Shown here one piece after another: positions 59,443 to 64,000 of a stretch of DNA of 64,000 bases. The notes below the pieces were generated by a model. That model worked only from the letters and a program-made list of their open reading frames with translations. It made no database searches and was not told where the DNA came from. The translations under genes and the position numbers were made by a program. The DNA comes from an uncultured virus (IMG/VR IMGVR_UViG_3300042350_005045) (lineage: Duplodnaviria; Heunggongvirae; Uroviricota; Caudoviricetes). Each line of letters begins with the position of its first letter. The stretch's first letter is position 1. The stretch is taken from the IMG/VR virus record IMGVR_UViG_3300042350_005045; one strand, 5' to 3'.

Positions 59443-62400
59443 ATAAAGTGCTGAGGTAATTGAATACGTGCACAGTAATAGACATGTGATGTACTGGTGC
59501 ATGCGTAGTCTTGGTTAAATCCATCCCAGATGAAACGTTGTCCATCTGAGAATGTGATATAGCCAGTACCAAGGTACTGTTGAATGCACACTGTCGTGGT
59601 GCATATGAAGTTGAGCATGGGTTGAGCTGAGTAAATGGACAGTAAAGCCTGGGACTTACACACAGTGGATGCCCAGGTATTGACTAGCGCATGAGTCGGT
59701 TACTAAAGTTGTAGCTGTAACCAGAGTCATAAGCTGGTTCTTTGTATGTCACACCGGTAGCAATCTTGTAGATCGCTGATTCGGTGAGGCCATACTTATT
59801 GCCAATAGACAAGCCAGTCTCACCGTGCGCTCGACGCGTACGGATGTCTTGTACTTGCTCGTCGCTTAAGAAGTTACGTTGACGTCCACGTTTGATTGGA
59901 TCAATCTCAACGGGAGGACGCCTACGTACGCGACGGATAACAATCGTCATGTACCTAGGATTGCAATTGACAATGCCGCCAATTGAGTCATAGGAATAAC
60001 CCTGGCACCTGAGTTGCCAGATCCTGTTCTCTTTGACAATCGTGATTCGGTTGCGCATTGGAATGTTGTTGGAAGGTTTACAGGTAAGCTGGGACTTACA
60101 TCCTTGTTGCGAATGATTCTCAACAACGAAGGCCCAGGTGATTGACGTTACTTCATGTAGAGATAGCTGCCTGCCCAATCGGCATTGTGTAGGCAGGTCT
60201 CATACGATGTTTCGTCAAGCAGATTGTATCTCACATGTTTAGCCGGTGCTTTCCACGACGCAGGCTTGTAGACAGCACCTGATTGACGGTGGATGAATGC
60301 GTGGACAAAACCACCATCACCACCTAGGTTCGTTCGTTTGATGGAACGCTGAATGATCTTGTAGTACTTAGTGCCTTTGACAACGTCAAATGCCAAGTCG
60401 TTATAACCGTATTGCTTGGTGTAATTCTCGATGATCTTGTTGAGCAAGCCATCGATTCGTGCCTCAAGCACTTGCGTGTGTTCATCGAGTCGCATTGATT
60501 TGCTCCTTGGTAGGTTGAGGATTGACTTGTGTACTATCAACGCCAAGAAGTGCCGTAGCACTGATGGTGGCGATGATGATGGAGAAGAGAGCAATGCCCA
60601 CTGACCAACGGCGATTCGCAGGCGACTCACCGTGAGAATGGTAGGAGTCAAGTGTGATGTACTTGCCTTTTCCTACAGGATAGATAGTCTTCATGTCAGT
60701 TAGTTGCAAGGATGTAACGGCAGTCAAACAATTTGACATCTGGCAATGACACTGGGACTTCACGTTCGTGTTGTCCATAGATGTCTATCCAATTGCCGTA
60801 CAACTTGATATCGACACACTCGAAGAGGTTGTCGATGTACATCTGAGCTGTCTCCTTGTCGGTAACCCAACAAAGATAGACAGTACCTTGGGTAAACTCC
60901 AGGTAACAGTCGTTTGGTTCGATGTTCAACATCTGTTGAGCATCTGTAATTTCCCTGGGACTAATCGTAATTGTCATTGGTGTTGTGTGCATTGGTACGT
61001 AGCCCTTGTTGAGGACTACAGAGAAGGGCCGAAGCCCCTCAGTGTAGTCGTCAGTCTTGTTCCAGTTGCTTGCGTTCCCACCGCAGCAGATCCCGGTTGA
61101 GATCTACCTTACGCTGCACGATGGCAACGAAGGGAACAAGGTCTTGGAATTGACGCATACCGTCTTGCCACTCGAAGAATAACTCGAGAGCAGCTTGACG
61201 CTGCGCCTCAAGTTCTTGGTCGATGCAAGGGGCATCTCTCCTGGCAAGCAGACGAGCGTCTTGGGTCAGGAGATATTCAACAGCTTTAGGAGTCATGGTC
61301 TCCAGTTGGTGTCGTGTGGTGTAGTGCAGGGAGAACCCTGCAGAAAAGCCACTCATCACAAGGATGAGAAGGCTTAAGTGCAGAGATCAGTTCATGTACT
61401 TACTGTTGATGCAGTAGTACGTATCGCCAAGGAATCCTTGGACGTAGATCAGATTGTGTCCTGGTCGATCATGGCACGTTGCCTGGTAGTGTCTGTTGAG
61501 AACTTTCTGTACTCCAACAGAAGCGAGTAGACCCAGACCAGTGCCAAGAATGAGAGCAACACAGGCGTCAGAAAAGTAATTACGTTGCATGAATCAGTTA
61601 CCTTGCTTGGGTTGGATGACGAATGCCATGTCGTTAGGCATCATGAGTGCCGCTGCACGCAGCCGATACTCATTCACCTTAGTACCGATATCTTCCTTGG
61701 TAGGAAGCTTGGCATTGTCGATAGCTACCGCTGTGTTAAACAATGCAGCAGCAATGTTCTTGCGGATGTTGAGCTTAGTCATGAGCTGAGTTGAGTTGGA
61801 CAGCAGGCTTGATTGCCTGCAGAAAACCCACCGTCCGATACGAATTCGTATCAACGGAAGGGTTAAGTGCAGGAGTCAGAAGATAGTTCCAGCCATTGTG
61901 TCGAGATGGAGTTGGCTGATGTACTGATAGTAATCAGACATCGCAGCCAGCAACTCTTTGGTACCACAAGGGATACCTCCACCAAGTGTCTGGGAGTAAC
62001 GGTCGATCCAGTCAGGATCTCCCTTGTAGTCATCCACCTGCACTTGGTAGTGAAGCATGGTTGATTCTCCTCCATGCCAGGTGATGCGCTCGGTTGCACC
62101 TTCGTAAGGGTAGTAGCAGAGCATAGTGTTGAGCTGAGTAGATGCCACGGGATTGTGGCAATACTGAAGGCAGGGATTGCACCTGCCAATGCCGCTTATA
62201 CGGACTCAGTGTTGCAGACGGCAGTACTCATCTGTTAGTCCCCGGTATGCCGGATACTCCTGTGAGCGCTGCACGTCTGCTTGCCATCGAGACTGGAACG
62301 GACCTGCAGTGACTTGTTCCACATACTGGAACTCGGTAATTGCAAAGACTTCCTGGAGGAAGTACTGACCGTTACGCTCGATGATGTTGACGGTGTAATC

Positions 62401-63650
62401 CATAGTATGGTGTGGTGTAAATGCCACAAGATTGTGGCAAGTCTGAACCAGGGGATTGCACCCTGGAACGCCGCTTATACGGACTCAGATACGAACTCAG
62501 ATGTCGTAACCGTTGGTGATGCACCAGTTACGGTGGAGTGTGTCATGCTCCTTAGGCCAGTCATGGTTGATGCATTGGTGAGCAGTTGCCTTATCTGTCA
62601 AATAGATAACGGCTTGCCCACCAATACCCATGATGGAAGCAGCGATGATCACGTAGGTTGCAATGCGTTGAGTCACTGTCGTTTGGTGTAGATGCCACGG
62701 GATTGTGGCAATAACTGGGCAGGGGTTTGCACCCTGCCTCCCGCTTAGACGGATCAGTCGGTGATGTAACCGATCACACATGCCACCACGAAGATGGCGG
62801 CGAGTGTGAGTGTTTCGGTAACGGTGAAGGTCACGGGTATTCTCCGTGTGTGCGGTGCCCATCTCCGCTGGGGGCAATAACTGTGGGAGGGTTTGCACCT
62901 CCCAACCCGCTTTAACGGATCAGTTGTTCTCCAGCATCTCGTCCACGTAGGACTTGATGACCTGGAGGTGCTGCGCTCCGAGAGTCTGGCTATGACCATG
63001 CTCAAGGAGATCAAGGATCTCAAGCATGATCTTGTCGCCAACCTCTTCGCGAGAGAGCAGCTTGGTGGGGTTGATGGTCACGGTGTTACTCCGTAGGGTG
63101 AGCTTGGGCTTACACCACTGAAGTGTGGATGCCAAGGTCGTGACCGACCGCCGAGTTGTCTGCTACGTTTAACGTCCAGCTTGACGAGCAATCGCTGAGA
63201 TCCCTTGCGCGAGAACGATTCTTGGCGAATCAGTGCCGCGGGAAGCCTAAAACCCGCACGCGCGATACGAATTCGTATCAACGAAGCAGGTATTGAGGGC
63301 TACATAAACCCCTGGTCGCCCAGGGGAAGAGGTAACCTTCAAACGTAGTCAGATACCTTGACAACCTTTGCCTTGAACACATACTTGTCTCCGCACTTCG
63401 TGCAGTAAACAACATGTGTACGCTCACGGCGGCTGCCACGATACAGATGTTCCGCTTCCCAGCAGGCTTCTTGCTCTTCCGAACGAAGCCAACCGCTCAG
63501 CTCCGCTATCACTTGGTGCGGCGTTACGTCATACCACTCAAGCTGCTTCGCAGTCATCGTGACAGACTTGCCTTCCCACAGATAGCTGGCAACCATCTGA
63601 CAACGGTTGTCGAAATCAACAACCTTCTGCTCTTCCTTGGTCAATTGCAT
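59433..63650 (-). CDS. Second array of small hypothetical (probably early) genes, including an HTH protein at 59684-60058
   Basis: Co-oriented small ORFs separated by repeated hairpin modules. Confidence 0.55.
62143..62919 (-). repeat. Four copies of a ~62-nt three-hairpin intergenic module
   Basis: Copies at 62143-62204, 62422-62483, 62693-62753 and 62856-62919. Confidence 0.9.
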
Positions 63651-63884
63651 TGAACTAAACGCGATGGTACTCTGCGTTCTACGGATGCGCAGCCCCCGAT
63701 AACTATTTCAACCCCTCACACCTTTCTTTTTTTCTATACGTATTTCACTACGCGTGGGGTGTTGGAGAAGCCTCAGATAATTTTTTATCCTTTTTTGACC
63801 CTATAGGGGGCCTTCTTTTGTAGCACAACGTACCAAAACTTAAAAAGTGTCGCGCTATTTAAGGTTTTACCCTAATTTACAGAC

Positions 63885-63911
63885 AAAAATGCCGGGGTAT
63901 TATCCCCGGCT
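63885..63911 (-). terminator. Intrinsic terminator after a partial ORF at the window end
   Basis: AAAAAT-GCCGGGG-TATTAT-CCCCGGC. Confidence 0.7.
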
Positions 63912-64000
63912 GTATGTGAATTTACTTTTGTGTTACCTAAAATCAAAAACTGTTCTTTGCTTTCTTTGCGGCAACGGCTGCATCAAAGTAATTTTCTACA

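Noticed and set aside
60752..60780. CTGGGACTT as another copy of the internal-loop hairpin
   Set aside because: Lacks the full TGTAAG and the closing stem; lies inside coding sequence.
62143..62919. CRISPR array interpretation of the repeats
   Set aside because: Spacers are 100-220 nt, unequal and contain ORFs; repeats covary rather than being identical; no cas genes in the window.

Overview
This is a 64-kb segment of a tailed dsDNA phage genome, almost certainly a cyanophage (hli-like, NblA-like, DUF4278-like and speD genes). 1-22.5 kb is mostly + strand virion and lysis genes. These include a major capsid gene interrupted by a group I intron, four peptidoglycan hydrolases and a long tail fibre. 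23-52 kb is mostly - strand replication and nucleotide genes: primase-helicase, exonuclease, SSB, family A polymerase, intein-containing ThyX, glycosyltransferase and Dps. 52-64 kb is a - strand array of small, probably early, genes separated by several families of repeated, covarying structured elements. The most striking observation is at 33.4-34.5 kb. An endonuclease-VII-type homing endonuclease sits between a truncated 5' copy and a replacement 5' copy of a small basic-protein gene. The replacement copy is separated from the 3' half by a 27-nt stop-containing gap with the layout of a T4 gene 60-style ribosomal bypass: matched UCG codons, UAG directly after the first, and a GNRA hairpin. 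Other highlights are a circularly permuted M23 peptidase, a pseudoknot family upstream of replication genes, an internal-loop hairpin family, a cassette-like repeat array and a ~300-nt structured RNA next to tRNA-Pro. All product calls come from motif recognition by eye; no searches were run.
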